A stretch of 64,000 nt of DNA from Thermoprotei archaeon (GTDB lineage: Archaea; Thermoproteota; Thermoprotei; Thermoproteales; B15-G16). The stretch spans positions 1 to 64,000 of the forward strand of contig QMRC01000006.1 in the NCBI GenBank assembly GCA_003649205.1, read 5' to 3'. A program made the position numbers and the translations under genes. Positions 20,581 through 31,473 of the stretch are shown here, piece by piece. The notes beneath the pieces are model-generated. The model had not been told where the DNA came from. It worked only from the letters and a program-made list of their open reading frames with translations, and did not search any database. Position 1 is the stretch's first letter, and every line of letters begins with the position of its first letter.

Positions 20581-21075
20581 ATGTTCTCAAATCTTAGCCT
20601 ACTCACGTCAATACTCACTGTGTTGCTGCTATCTCTAGTACCTAGCTTTGAAGGTAGGTACGCGCTAGTGATTGGAATTGCTATGGGATTGCACCCACTA
20701 CTATCCTTCACTATAGCTAGTCTAGGTATCGTGATTCTCTCCCTCCTCGTACCCAGGTTGATAGAGTACATAGACCAACTCATTAGGAAGCTAGGTAAGA
20801 GATCCTCACTTAAATCCATAGCGTCGATGTACTTCAACTACTTAAACCGTGTTAGGAGAAAGGTAAAACCCTATGTAGATAGGTATGGATTCATTGGACT
20901 CGTAATATTTGTTGCTTTACCTATCCCAGGTTCAGGTATTTGGACCGGGTCTATTGCTGGTTATGTACTTGGATTTGAAAAGAAGAAAGAAGTACCAGCC
21001 TTGATACTTGGTGGAATGCTATCTAATCTGATAACACTACTTACTGCACTCGGTTCTGCAGTTATCTTAGATTGA
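20581..21075 (+). CDS. COG2426 small multidrug export-family membrane protein
   Basis: PSFEGRYA, FVALPIPGSGIWTG. Confidence 0.85.
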   Translation: MFSNLSLLTSILTVLLLSLVPSFEGRYALVIGIAMGLHPLLSFTIASLGIVILSLLVPRLIEYIDQLIRKLGKRSSLKSIASMYFNYLNRVRRKVKPYVDRYGFIGLVIFVALPIPGSGIWTGSIAGYVLGFEKKKEVPALILGGMLSNLITLLTALGSAVILD

Positions 21076-21106
21076 AAGGGATTAGAGGTTGGATGAAAGC
21101 TTAATT

Positions 21107-22069
21107 TCAAGCTAGTCCAACTAGTTGCTTTGCTATCTTAAATGCCTCGTCGTAGCCATAGAAGCCTCTCTCGCCCTTTATGAGCGCTCTCACTATTAGC
21201 TCCTTTTCAACTTCATTCCTCAACTTACCTATAGCTAGTGCACCATAGACGAAGGTCCCAGGTTTCTCAGGATACTCCTTACAGTCCCAAGATGGTTTAA
21301 TACCTTCAATACCTAGTGGTGGAACTGCATTCACATCAGCTAGTACCTTACACTTCTCAGCTTTCTTCACGACGTCCTTAGGTACTAGCTGTAGTCCTGG
21401 TGGTCCTGTTGTCAATACTATATCGGCGTCCTTACAGATTTCTGCGAGCTTTTCTGGATACTCCTCGGCAACCCTCACTCTTTCAGCTCCAACCATCTTA
21501 TTTATCTCTTCAGCTCTCTTCCTAGCTACATCCTTAAGTACATCAGCTATCACCACATTGGCCCCTTCCTTAGCCAGTAACCTACATGCTACAGTACCAA
21601 CTCTACCAGCGCCACCAACCACAACAACCTTGAGACCTTCTATACCCATGTTAAACTTAGTCTTCAGACCATGCTCAACCTTAGCCACTAACGCAGCAGC
21701 TGTCGTATATGCACCAGCTGGATCAGCAATAACACTCATTACAAATGGCTCAAACATAGTCTTCTTAGCTAGTTCAAACATCTGCTCGACTAAGTCCATA
21801 TTTCTACCACCTATGAATAGTAGTGTGTGCTTAACACCTTCAGGTCCTCTGGGAAACATAGCATCGAGAATCAGTGACTTAGCCTTATTCAGCGCGTTCA
21901 CATTTCCGTAGTAGAGAACCGCGTCAACACCAATATCGTACATGAACAGTATGTCAAAGGGACTAGGGTGCTCGTCCGTACTTAGGACTATTGCTATCTT
22001 CTTAAAGCCCTTCTCACTCATATAGATCCCTAGGGTAGGTATGGAATGACACGATATATCAATTTCCAC
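21107..22069 (-). CDS. NAD(P)-dependent methylene-tetrahydromethanopterin dehydrogenase (Mtd family); likely start 22021
   Basis: HPSPFD, DAMFPRGP, FIGG, DPAGAYTTAAA, DVNAVPPLGIEG, YGALAIG. Confidence 0.88.
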   Translation of the reverse strand: MEIDISCHSIPTLGIYMSEKGFKKIAIVLSTDEHPSPFDILFMYDIGVDAVLYYGNVNALNKAKSLILDAMFPRGPEGVKHTLLFIGGRNMDLVEQMFELAKKTMFEPFVMSVIADPAGAYTTAAALVAKVEHGLKTKFNMGIEGLKVVVVGGAGRVGTVACRLLAKEGANVVIADVLKDVARKRAEEINKMVGAERVRVAEEYPEKLAEICKDADIVLTTGPPGLQLVPKDVVKKAEKCKVLADVNAVPPLGIEGIKPSWDCKEYPEKPGTFVYGALAIGKLRNEVEKELIVRALIKGERGFYGYDEAFKIAKQLVGLA

Positions 22070-22306
22070 ATAGTATTCACTTCATAGATCTTTAAACTTT
22101 GAAATTAGTGTGAGTATAATTCGTAGAGGGTCATTAAGCTCGGAAAATCATACCCATCAATTCTGCAGTAATCTCAATGCTGATATAGGTTAGTTCTCGC
22201 TTCACTTTAGTAATGTACCTTAGTTAATGCTGATTCCAACTTAATGGTGCACGAGATCTAGGTTGAGAATTTGGAATTAGAGTAAGTATAACTGATATTA
22301 GCACCT

Positions 22307-23680
22307 GTGCTTTTTTCCTTCAGTTGGTGGGTCTCCATGAGAGTTGATGTTGTGGTAGTTGGTGGTGGGCCTGGTGGTTACACAAGTGCTCTAGTGACTA
22401 AGAGACTCTATCCCGAGATGAGTGTTTTGCTGATTAGAAGGGATGAGAAAGCTATCGTTCCTTGTGGTTCACCATATATCTTCGCTACACTTGGTACTGT
22501 TGACAAGAACCTCCTACCTGATGATCCATTGAAGAAAGCTGGTGTTGAGATACTGATTGATGAGGTTACTGACATTGATAGGAGTGGCAAGAGAGTGAAG
22601 CTGAAGGGTGGACGTGAAATCGAGTATGGTAAGTTGATACTGGCTACTGGTTCAGTACCTAAGGGACTTAAGGTACCAGGTGCTGAACTCGATGGTGTAT
22701 TTTACGTGTATAAGAGCTATGATTATCTGAGGAAGTTGAGGGGGGCTATTGAGGAAGCTAGTAAAATAGTTATCATTGGTGGTGGGTTTGTCGGCGTTGA
22801 GTTTGCTGATGACATAGCTGCTATGGGTAAGGAGGTTACTATTGTTGAGTTGCTACCACATTGCCTATTGCTGAATTTCGATGAGGAATTCGCTGTATTA
22901 GCTGAGGAGGAGTTGAAGAAGCGTGGAGTAAATATCGTGACAGGTGTTAGGGTTAAGGAATTGAGAGGAGACAAGAGAGTTAAGGCTGTTGTTCTTGAGG
23001 ATGGTAGAGAGATACCCTGTGATCTCGTCATTATTTCGGTAGGTACTAGACCAAATGTCGAGCTAGCTCAGAAGTGTGGTCTTAAGATTCATGAGTTAGG
23101 TGCTATAGATGTTGACGAGTATCTGAGAACTAGTGATCCAAACATATTCGCTGTCGGTGATTGTAGCATTAAGAGAGATTTCCTCACAGGCAAGCCGATG
23201 ATAGCTATGTTAGCATCCATAGCGGCTATGGAGGGTAGAGTTGTCGCGAGTAACATACTTGGGCTAACTAAAGCTCGTAGAATGCCAGGTGTAGTCTTTG
23301 TCTGTAGTACTCAAGTTGGTGAGCTATGCCTAGGTGCTGCTGGCTACACCGAGAGGAGAGCTAAGGAGGAAGGTCTAGATTACTTAGCTGTGACATACAC
23401 TACGGTTAACAGACATCCAGGTGCTATACCTGACGCTAGGAAGATAACTATGAAGTTACTATTCCTGAAGAGAAGTGGGCAACTAATAGGTGCAGAGGTA
23501 GCAGGTGGTAAGGAGGTAGGTGAGTTGATTAACTTACTGGCGCTAGCTATACAGGACAAGGCTACTGTTGCTAACTTACTTGATCTACAGTTCGGAACAC
23601 ATCCAAAGCTCACACCATCACCAATAGCATACCACGTGGTTAACGCTGCTGAGGAAGCAATTAGGAAATTAAGAACTTAA
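22307..23680 (+). CDS. FAD-dependent pyridine nucleotide-disulfide oxidoreductase (CoADR/NADH oxidase-like)
   Basis: GGGPGG, PCG redox Cys, LATGS, GGGFVG, FAVGD. Confidence 0.9.
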   Translation: MLFSFSWWVSMRVDVVVVGGGPGGYTSALVTKRLYPEMSVLLIRRDEKAIVPCGSPYIFATLGTVDKNLLPDDPLKKAGVEILIDEVTDIDRSGKRVKLKGGREIEYGKLILATGSVPKGLKVPGAELDGVFYVYKSYDYLRKLRGAIEEASKIVIIGGGFVGVEFADDIAAMGKEVTIVELLPHCLLLNFDEEFAVLAEEELKKRGVNIVTGVRVKELRGDKRVKAVVLEDGREIPCDLVIISVGTRPNVELAQKCGLKIHELGAIDVDEYLRTSDPNIFAVGDCSIKRDFLTGKPMIAMLASIAAMEGRVVASNILGLTKARRMPGVVFVCSTQVGELCLGAAGYTERRAKEEGLDYLAVTYTTVNRHPGAIPDARKITMKLLFLKRSGQLIGAEVAGGKEVGELINLLALAIQDKATVANLLDLQFGTHPKLTPSPIAYHVVNAAEEAIRKLRT

Positions 23681-23790
23681 ACCACCCCTACCTCTATTCC
23701 ATCCCTCACTTCAATTCTAAGTTACGTAGTTTAGTGACTAATCTATAGGTTGACTTAAAACATATAACCTACTAGCTACTTATCAATTGA

Positions 23791-24090
23791 TTGAGGGAGA
23801 GGATGAGGATTAAGGTAGTTAAGAGGGATGGTCGTGAGGAAGAGTTCATACCTGAGAAAGTTGTTGTAAGCTGTCTCAAGGCCGGTGCTCCTGTTGATGT
23901 TGCTAGGAAGATAGCTAAGATTATTGAGGGTAGGTTACTTGAGTCAGGTAGAGATACCGTAACTGCAAAGGAATTAACTAAGTGGATTCTTGAGCTTTTG
24001 AGAAAGGAGAATGAGGAGTGGTATAGGAACTGGATCTTATTTGATAGAGCTGTAAAGAGGAGGAGGACTGAGGAAGAACTGAAGGAGTAG
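23791..24090 (+). CDS. Stand-alone ATP-cone domain protein
   Basis: KVVKRDGREEEF. Confidence 0.85.
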   Translation: MRERMRIKVVKRDGREEEFIPEKVVVSCLKAGAPVDVARKIAKIIEGRLLESGRDTVTAKELTKWILELLRKENEEWYRNWILFDRAVKRRRTEEELKE

Positions 24091-24093
24091 CTA

Positions 24094-25158
24094 CTAGATG
24101 TAACCTAGCTTAACCATTGCTTCAGCTATGAGGACTGCTATTCCAGCAGCACCTCTAGCCAGATTATGACCAAGTAATACGAATTTTACTCCCTTTTTAA
24201 AAGCGCTTTCCTTTCTAATTCGTCCAACGACAACTGCCATACCTTCGTAGATCCACCTGTCTAGTCTTGGTTGTGGTCTATTCACCTCGTACCTTACAAC
24301 TATGGGTTTTTCAGGAGCTGTTGGTAACTTCATCTCTTGTGGAGGTCCACGGAATTCCTCAAGTACCTTAGTTATCTCCTCAATGGAACAGTCTTTCTCG
24401 GTCTCAACAAACACTGTCTCTAGATGACCCTCAAGAACTGGAACGCGCGTACAGGTTGCTGAGATCCTTATGTTAGCCCACTCAATACCTTCACCAGTTA
24501 GCTTACCAAGTATCTTCCTACTTTCATTCTCTACCTTCTCCTCCTCATTCGGTATGTAAGGTACTACGTTGTCTATTATATCTAGACTAGATACTCCAGG
24601 GTATCCAGCACCTGAAACTGATTGCATGGTTGCAACTATGACTTTCTTAATACCGAAGTTATCTAGTATTGGTTTGAGTGCTAGGGTTAGGATTGCTGCT
24701 GTGCAGTTTGGATTCTTCACTAACTTACCTCTCCAACCTCTATTCCTCTCTTGTAGCTTCAGCAATTCTAAGTGATCGAGATTGACTTCAGGATTTATTA
24801 GTGGTACATCTGAGTCAAGTCTGTAGGGACTAGCGTTTGATACCACGGTAAATCCTCTTTTAACTAGCTCTATCTCTATGTCCTTAGCAATGTTGGGTGG
24901 TAGTGCGGAGAACACGATATCCAGTTCCTTAGGTATCTTCTCAGGAACAATCTCCTCAACTACTAGGTCACCCACCTCATCAGGTATTGGTTTTGGTACG
25001 TACTTCTCCTGTACTACTTCACGGAGTTTTTTCCCAGCTGATGCCTTCGATGCGCCTAGGTACATGACCTCAAACCATGGATGCCTAGATAGGTAGTACG
25101 TCATTAGTTGACCTACAAGACCTGTAGCACCTAGGATACCAACCTTGAGCTTACTCAT
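24094..25158 (-). CDS. asd: Aspartate-semialdehyde dehydrogenase
   Basis: GATGLVG, NPNCT, QSVSGAG, HNLARGAAG. Confidence 0.96.
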   Translation of the reverse strand: MSKLKVGILGATGLVGQLMTYYLSRHPWFEVMYLGASKASAGKKLREVVQEKYVPKPIPDEVGDLVVEEIVPEKIPKELDIVFSALPPNIAKDIEIELVKRGFTVVSNASPYRLDSDVPLINPEVNLDHLELLKLQERNRGWRGKLVKNPNCTAAILTLALKPILDNFGIKKVIVATMQSVSGAGYPGVSSLDIIDNVVPYIPNEEEKVENESRKILGKLTGEGIEWANIRISATCTRVPVLEGHLETVFVETEKDCSIEEITKVLEEFRGPPQEMKLPTAPEKPIVVRYEVNRPQPRLDRWIYEGMAVVVGRIRKESAFKKGVKFVLLGHNLARGAAGIAVLIAEAMVKLGYI

Positions 25159-26315
25159 TCAATCACCTCCTCTACAATACTGAGAACGTCCCTCACATGG
25201 GTATCATTAGTCACTAGCTTCAAGCTAAATCTGGTTATCGATACGTGGTACACCTTACCCTCATATAGTAGGTCTCGAATTCTCTCAAGAAGACTACACA
25301 CCTTACTATATGTCAGGTTACTGACAATAACTAGGGAGCAGTTCTCGATAATTCTGAGGAGCTTTGCAAGACCTCTCTCCAAAATTTCACTCACTAGCTC
25401 TCTACTTGGACTACACTTCAGCAAAGTCACCACTGACTCGTGTTCTAGGATCACATCTACAATATCTCTAGCTCCTCTCACTATCGTAGCTAGAAGTGTA
25501 CCCACATCGAGAACACCGATACAGAGTAGTAAGCTCAGGTTACTGTACGTGAGTACTCTCGGTTTCTCATGGATCTCTACGTAGCTACCTTTAAGTTCAG
25601 GTAACTTATCTGGTGATGTCACAACTAACTTCATACTAGAGGATACGTAGTCTAGAGTAGCTGGGTGTACTACCCTTGAACCATAGTTAACCATTACCTT
25701 AAGGTACTCTACAGGCACCTTCTCAAGACATGCACTACTACCTACGTTATGGACATGTATCTCACCATCCTTAGTCAGTACTAAGTACTCAGCCCCTAAT
25801 GCATACGCTATGAGCGCAGCAGTTACGTCCGATGTATTCCTCCCTAGTGTCGTTACCTTAAAGTCACTGTGGCTCACCCCAATGAACCCCGGTACTATGA
25901 CAACACTCCTCTCTAGAAGTTTGGGAACGACCTCCTTTACCCTAGATACAGTCACCTCAAGAATTGGCTTCGCTCTAAGATGCTCACCAGTAGTTACTAT
26001 AGGCCACGTACCGGTATCAGCTGGATCCAAGATCACTGCTGGCACACCTCTAGATTTGAGAGCAAGTGCAAGCAATCTAGCGCTCAATCTCTCACCAAAG
26101 CTAAGTACTTCATCGAGTAGTTCAGCATCTGGACTACCACCACTAACCTCGTGAGAGAGCTTTAGAAGTTCATCAGTACTACCCTTCATAGCTGATACCA
26201 CAACAACTAGCTTGTAACCACCTTCGTATAGCTTTTTGATTGATTCAGCAATCCTACAGTAGTCACTGGGAGATCTCAGAGGAGACCCGCCAATCTTAAC
26301 AACTAGGATGCTCAC
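25155..26315 (-). CDS. lysC: Aspartate kinase
   Basis: KIGGS, VVSAM, GERLS, TTLGR; between hom and asd. Confidence 0.85.
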   Translation of the reverse strand: MSILVVKIGGSPLRSPSDYCRIAESIKKLYEGGYKLVVVVSAMKGSTDELLKLSHEVSGGSPDAELLDEVLSFGERLSARLLALALKSRGVPAVILDPADTGTWPIVTTGEHLRAKPILEVTVSRVKEVVPKLLERSVVIVPGFIGVSHSDFKVTTLGRNTSDVTAALIAYALGAEYLVLTKDGEIHVHNVGSSACLEKVPVEYLKVMVNYGSRVVHPATLDYVSSSMKLVVTSPDKLPELKGSYVEIHEKPRVLTYSNLSLLLCIGVLDVGTLLATIVRGARDIVDVILEHESVVTLLKCSPSRELVSEILERGLAKLLRIIENCSLVIVSNLTYSKVCSLLERIRDLLYEGKVYHVSITRFSLKLVTNDTHVRDVLSIVEEVIE

Positions 26316-27406
26316 TCATCATCACCTCCAAGACAGGGGTACCAGTTCCCTAGTAGTACCTGAACAAGATCACTAAGTATGGTAGATGCGGTGGGTAAAC
26401 CACCAGCTCCAATACCCTTCAGGAAAACCCTATTCCCAATACCAGTCTCAATCAACACAGCATTGTACTCCCAATCAACACTAGCTAGTGGATCATCACA
26501 GGACACGACAGTAGGCTTAACACACAGCTCCTTAACTCCACTCTTCTCGAGTGCAGCACTTGCTAAGTACTTCACAACCTTACCTTTACTCTTAAGCTCC
26601 TCAACATCTAGCTTACTAACTTCCCTCAAACTAATCCTCTCAACATCGTGAACCCTGTAATCTGTACCGAGAAGAGTATTGACTAAGATCACTAGCTTAG
26701 CTGCAGGATCCCAACCATCTACATCAAGAGATGGATCAGCTTCTGCAAAACCCCTCTCCTGTGCAACCTTAAGAGCTTCTTCAAAGCTTCTCCTCTCAAC
26801 AAACATTGAGGTCAAGATGTAGTTAGTAGTACCATTGAGTATACCCTTAATTAGCTTGATGCCCTGAACCCACAGAGTATGACCTAGCAAATCGAGTACC
26901 GGTGTACCAGCCATGACAGTTGCTGAGTACCTGAGTAGTGCACCGTGTTTCTTAGCTAGATTAATCAAGTATCTAAACCTCAGTGCTAGAGGTGCTTTAT
27001 TTGAGGTAACTACGTGAATACCCCTAGACAGCGCAGCTTCAATATGCCTTAAACCTGGTTCACCAGTTACATAGTTTGCCGGTGTAATCTCGATAACTAC
27101 ATCGGGTTGAGTTACATCAATGACATCAAGTGTAGTTGCTCCCGGCTTACCATAGGTAGGGTATGTAGATACAGCACTTCGAGACAATTTGAGTATCTCA
27201 GAGAGTTCACTATAGGTGAATCCACTCTCTTTTATAACAGCACCTCTCGAATCAACGATACCAACGATAGATATTTCAGCACCAGTACACCTCTTAACTG
27301 TGTTAAAACCTACATCAATCAGTAACCTAATAAATGCCCTACCCACTGTACCGAAACCCGAGACTGCAACCTTCACTACCTTACCCTTGACATCAATGGT
27401 AATCAC
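26312..27406 (-). CDS. hom: Homoserine dehydrogenase
   Basis: GFGTVG, GILNGTTNYIL, AEADPSLDVDGWD. Confidence 0.95.
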   Translation of the reverse strand: MITIDVKGKVVKVAVSGFGTVGRAFIRLLIDVGFNTVKRCTGAEISIVGIVDSRGAVIKESGFTYSELSEILKLSRSAVSTYPTYGKPGATTLDVIDVTQPDVVIEITPANYVTGEPGLRHIEAALSRGIHVVTSNKAPLALRFRYLINLAKKHGALLRYSATVMAGTPVLDLLGHTLWVQGIKLIKGILNGTTNYILTSMFVERRSFEEALKVAQERGFAEADPSLDVDGWDPAAKLVILVNTLLGTDYRVHDVERISLREVSKLDVEELKSKGKVVKYLASAALEKSGVKELCVKPTVVSCDDPLASVDWEYNAVLIETGIGNRVFLKGIGAGGLPTASTILSDLVQVLLGNWYPCLGGDDE

Positions 27407-27491
27407 CTAAACACTAAGAGTGGAAACCCTATATAACCTTATTCCTACTACTCATAATTAAGCAGTTAAAGAGATGAGTCTTAGTAATCAA

Positions 27492-28472
27492 TTACTTCCT
27501 AGCATAGAGCCAGCAGGCTACGTAGTGATCACGTTCTATCTCAATGAGTGGTGGTTCCTCTCTTGCACAGAGAGAGCATGCTTGCGGGCATCTTGGGTGG
27601 AATCTACAACCAGGCGGTGGATTTATTGGACTTGGTGGTTCGCCTTTTGGTCTTAGCTTCATTCTTGACCTAGCTATCTTGGGGTCTGGTATGGGTATTG
27701 ATGAGAGAAGGACTTGAGTATAGGGGTGTAGAGGTGCTTCGAAGATCTCATCTGATGGAGCTATCTCAACAATCTTACCTAGGTACATGACAGCTATTCT
27801 GTGGCTCATGTACTTGACAACAGCTAGGTCGTGAGATATGAAGAGATATGTGAAGTTGTGTTCCTTTTGCAAGTCCTTCAGCATGTTCAGTATCTGCGCC
27901 TGTACTGAGACATCTAGTGATGATGTTGGTTCATCTAGGACTATGAACTTAGGTCTTACAGCAAGGACTCTAGCTATTGCAATCCTCTGTCTTTGACCAC
28001 CACTGAACTCATGTGGATACCTATAGAGGTGTTCTCTAGAGAGACCTACCTTCTCGAGGATAGAAGCAACGTAGTCTTCCATATCTTCAGGAATTTCCTG
28101 CTGTGTAGCCTTAATAGCTTCAGCAACTATGTCAAAGACCATCATCCTGGGGTTAAGTGAGCTATAGGGGTCTTGAAACACTATCTGCACCTTCCTTCTA
28201 AATTCCTTCAACTCCCTACCCCTTAACCTAAATACATCCTTACCCTCGAAGTACACAGTACCACTTGTCGGTTCAAGTAACCTAACAATCAACCTACCTA
28301 GAGTTGACTTACCACAACCCGATTCACCAACTAGACCAAAGGTCTCTCCCTCACGTATGATGAACGATACACCATCAACAGCTCTAACCCAACCCTTTGT
28401 GAAGAAGAGCTTCTTTATCGGGAACCACTTCCTGAGATTATCAACAACAACTATTGGATCCACATACCTCAC
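27492..28472 (-). CDS. Oligopeptide ABC transporter ATPase (OppF/DppF)
   Basis: [21 protein letters not shown]-terminal Fe-S cysteines. Confidence 0.95.
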   Translation of the reverse strand: MRYVDPIVVVDNLRKWFPIKKLFFTKGWVRAVDGVSFIIREGETFGLVGESGCGKSTLGRLIVRLLEPTSGTVYFEGKDVFRLRGRELKEFRRKVQIVFQDPYSSLNPRMMVFDIVAEAIKATQQEIPEDMEDYVASILEKVGLSREHLYRYPHEFSGGQRQRIAIARVLAVRPKFIVLDEPTSSLDVSVQAQILNMLKDLQKEHNFTYLFISHDLAVVKYMSHRIAVMYLGKIVEIAPSDEIFEAPLHPYTQVLLSSIPIPDPKIARSRMKLRPKGEPPSPINPPPGCRFHPRCPQACSLCAREEPPLIEIERDHYVACWLYARK

Positions 28473-29446
28473 CTCTTAGCATACATCCAACAAGCAACAT
28501 AGTGATTAGGTTCGACCTCAATCATTGGTGGTTCCTCCCTTGCACAGATATCCTTCGCAAATTGACACCTAGGTCTAAACCTACAACCTGGAGGTAGATT
28601 CACTGGACTAGGTATCATACCAGGTATCGAGTATAGTCGCTCTACCCTCTTTAGTGGATTAGGTATTGCCTTGAGTAGGCCCTGAGTGTAGGGATGTAGG
28701 GGTTTCTCGAATAGTGTATATACATCAGCTACCTCAACAATCTTACCTAGGTACATGACAGCAACTCTATCGCAGTACTCAGCTACTAGACCTAGGTTAT
28801 GTGTTATGAGTAGTAGCGTTGTGTTGTAGAGCTTCTTTAACTCCATTATGAGGTCCATGATCTGGGCTTGTATGGTTACGTCAAGAGCTGTTGTTGGTTC
28901 ATCAGCTATGAGTAGCTTAGGTCTATTAGCTATAGACATAGAGATTACGACTCTCTGCTTCATACCACCAGATAGCTCATGAGGGTAGTTCTTAATTCGC
29001 TTCTCCGCTTCAGGAATAGCTACTTGCTTTAATAGCTTAAGTGCGTACATCCACGCATCTCTCCACTTAACAACACCTTGGTGCGATACTATGGTCTCAG
29101 AAATCTGGTAACCACATGTGTATAGAGGATCAAGTGCACTACTCGGATCTTGACAGATATACGCTATATCAGCTCCTCTAATAGCTCTCAACTCCTTCTC
29201 AGGAAGTGACAGGAGATCTCTACCCTCGAAGAAAACTCTACCTGACACTATCCTACCTGGTGGTGGTATCAATCTGAGAACTGCTCTAGCTACCGTAGAT
29301 TTGCCACAACCAGTCTCACCAACAAGGGCAAAACTCTCACCACGATACACCTCTAGGTCAATACCATCGACAGCCTTCACTACACCAGCATAGGTGTAGA
29401 AGTAGACTCGTAGATCCTCAACTCTTAAGAGAACCTCACCACTCAC
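28469..29446 (-). CDS. Oligopeptide ABC transporter ATPase (OppD/DppD)
   Basis: [24 protein letters not shown]. Confidence 0.95.
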   Translation of the reverse strand: MSGEVLLRVEDLRVYFYTYAGVVKAVDGIDLEVYRGESFALVGETGCGKSTVARAVLRLIPPPGRIVSGRVFFEGRDLLSLPEKELRAIRGADIAYICQDPSSALDPLYTCGYQISETIVSHQGVVKWRDAWMYALKLLKQVAIPEAEKRIKNYPHELSGGMKQRVVISMSIANRPKLLIADEPTTALDVTIQAQIMDLIMELKKLYNTTLLLITHNLGLVAEYCDRVAVMYLGKIVEVADVYTLFEKPLHPYTQGLLKAIPNPLKRVERLYSIPGMIPSPVNLPPGCRFRPRCQFAKDICAREEPPMIEVEPNHYVACWMYAKR

Positions 29447-30378
29447 TACCTACCCCTCCTCTCTTTGAACTCTAATCTCCTCCTATAACGAGGATCAAGT
29501 ACATCACGAAGCGCATCACCAAGGAGATTCCAACCAAGTGCTGTAAGGAATATAGCTAGACCAGGGAAGAACACATACCACCACTTCTCAGGAAAGTAAG
29601 CTCTACCATCAGCAACTAACCTACCCCACTCAGGAGTTGGTGGTTGAGCACCCAAACCAATGAAGGACAGTGCTGCAGCTACCAGTATCACACTACCGAA
29701 ATCCAACGTAGCTAACACTATGACAGGAGTAAGAGCATTTGGAAGAATGTGCCTGAACATTATCTTCAGCGGATTGAGACCAAGAGCCTTAGCAGCTTCA
29801 ACGAATAGAGATTCCTTAATCTGTAGCACTTGACCACGAACAACTCTGACATAGGGTGGCCACCAGACCAATGCTATAGCAGCCATAGCGGACCAAATAC
29901 TTGCACCAAATGCAGCACTGAAGGCAATAGCCAGTATGAGTCCTGGAAATGACAGGAATACATCGGTTACCCTCATAATTACCTCATCAACTACACCACC
30001 GAAGTAACCAGCTATGAGACCCAGTACAATACCTAGGGGAATAGCTATACTCAACACAACTATAGCCACCATGAGAGATATCCTAGCACCACACAGCACT
30101 CTACTGAATAGATCTCTACCGAACTCATCTGTACCAAATGGATGCTCCCACGAAGGTGGTTGGAGTCTAAGTTCATGCATCTTCTCGAAGTCTATCTCGA
30201 TGGGGTTGTACGGTGCTATGTAGGGGCCTACGATCCCGAGTATGATAAACGACATCGAGAGCACTAGACCAGCGATAGCTGTAGGTGATCTAGTTAGTGC
30301 TGTGAACATTAGCTTATACTCACGTAATCTAGCTCTATTCCTCTTCCTCCAATTGTGAAGGATATGAAGCAGCCTCAT
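29446..30378 (-). CDS. Oligopeptide ABC permease (OppC/DppC)
   Basis: HPFGTDEFGRD, EAA loop, PEWG. Confidence 0.95.
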   Translation of the reverse strand: MRLLHILHNWRKRNRARLREYKLMFTALTRSPTAIAGLVLSMSFIILGIVGPYIAPYNPIEIDFEKMHELRLQPPSWEHPFGTDEFGRDLFSRVLCGARISLMVAIVVLSIAIPLGIVLGLIAGYFGGVVDEVIMRVTDVFLSFPGLILAIAFSAAFGASIWSAMAAIALVWWPPYVRVVRGQVLQIKESLFVEAAKALGLNPLKIMFRHILPNALTPVIVLATLDFGSVILVAAALSFIGLGAQPPTPEWGRLVADGRAYFPEKWWYVFFPGLAIFLTALGWNLLGDALRDVLDPRYRRRLEFKERRGR

Positions 30379-31379
30379 AGTCTAATCCTCGGATCGATAA
30401 TTGCGTACAGGATATCAACAATTAGATTTACCGTAACGTAAACTAGCCCAATTATCAAGGTAACACCCATTATAGCTGGGTAATCTATGTTCGATATAGC
30501 GGCGACAGTGTACGTACCTAGACCAGGCCAAGAGAATACGGTCTCAGTAATTACAGCACCACAGAGGAGTGAACCGAAGAGAAGACCAAGTATTGTTATT
30601 ATTGGTATAGATGCGTTCCTGAATACATGTCTAAATACGAAACTAGGCTTGAGACCACGTATGCGTGCGTAATCTATGAAGTCAGCTGATAACACATCGA
30701 GGACACTACTTCTGGTAATCCTAGCAACAAGACCAATACATGGATATGCAAGTGTGAATCCGGGGAGTATTATGTGCTGTAGATTACTCCGAAAAGCCTC
30801 GAAGTCACCACATAGCAAGCTATCTAGTAGGTATAGACCTGTGTAGGTTATCCTTGGTGGAATCCCTCGACCTGTAGCTGGTAGTAGACCTAGACTGTAG
30901 TAGAAGATCCACTGAAGTATTATACCGAGCCAGAATACCGGCATGGAGGCGCCGCTTATAGCTATGATCCTGACCACGTGATCAATCCAGGTATCTTTCT
31001 TAAGCGCAGATATCACACCGAGAGGTATACCAATGAAGATTGTGACAAATAGTGAGAAGAGTGCTAGTTCAGCTGTTGCAGGAAAGTACGTAGCTATATC
31101 GGCTATGACTGGTCTATGTGTTACAGGTGAGATACCCCAGTGACCAGTAAATATGTCCTTAAGGTAGTAAAAGTACTGAATGTGTGGTGGCTTATCTAGA
31201 TGGTACTTCTTAATGAGCAGCTGGACAACTTCTGGTTTCGCCTTTATACCACCAGCCCAGAGAACAGCTGGGTTAGCTGGTATGACTCTAGCTATGAGGA
31301 ATGTGAGAAGAGTAACTCCAATGATCGTGGGTATAAATGTGAGCAACCTCCTGATTAGGTAGTACTTCAATTCACCCAT
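30375..31379 (-). CDS. Oligopeptide ABC permease (OppB/DppB)
   Basis: PATAEL, PVFW, ETVFSWPGLG, DPRI. Confidence 0.95.
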   Translation of the reverse strand: MGELKYYLIRRLLTFIPTIIGVTLLTFLIARVIPANPAVLWAGGIKAKPEVVQLLIKKYHLDKPPHIQYFYYLKDIFTGHWGISPVTHRPVIADIATYFPATAELALFSLFVTIFIGIPLGVISALKKDTWIDHVVRIIAISGASMPVFWLGIILQWIFYYSLGLLPATGRGIPPRITYTGLYLLDSLLCGDFEAFRSNLQHIILPGFTLAYPCIGLVARITRSSVLDVLSADFIDYARIRGLKPSFVFRHVFRNASIPIITILGLLFGSLLCGAVITETVFSWPGLGTYTVAAISNIDYPAIMGVTLIIGLVYVTVNLIVDILYAIIDPRIRL

Positions 31380-31473
31380 GGATTATCACCAAATCCATCA
31401 TTAGCTAAACATACAATTGTGAATAGTATAAAAGAGTTTCGCAAAAATTTAATTAGTAAAGAGGTTAGGAGGG

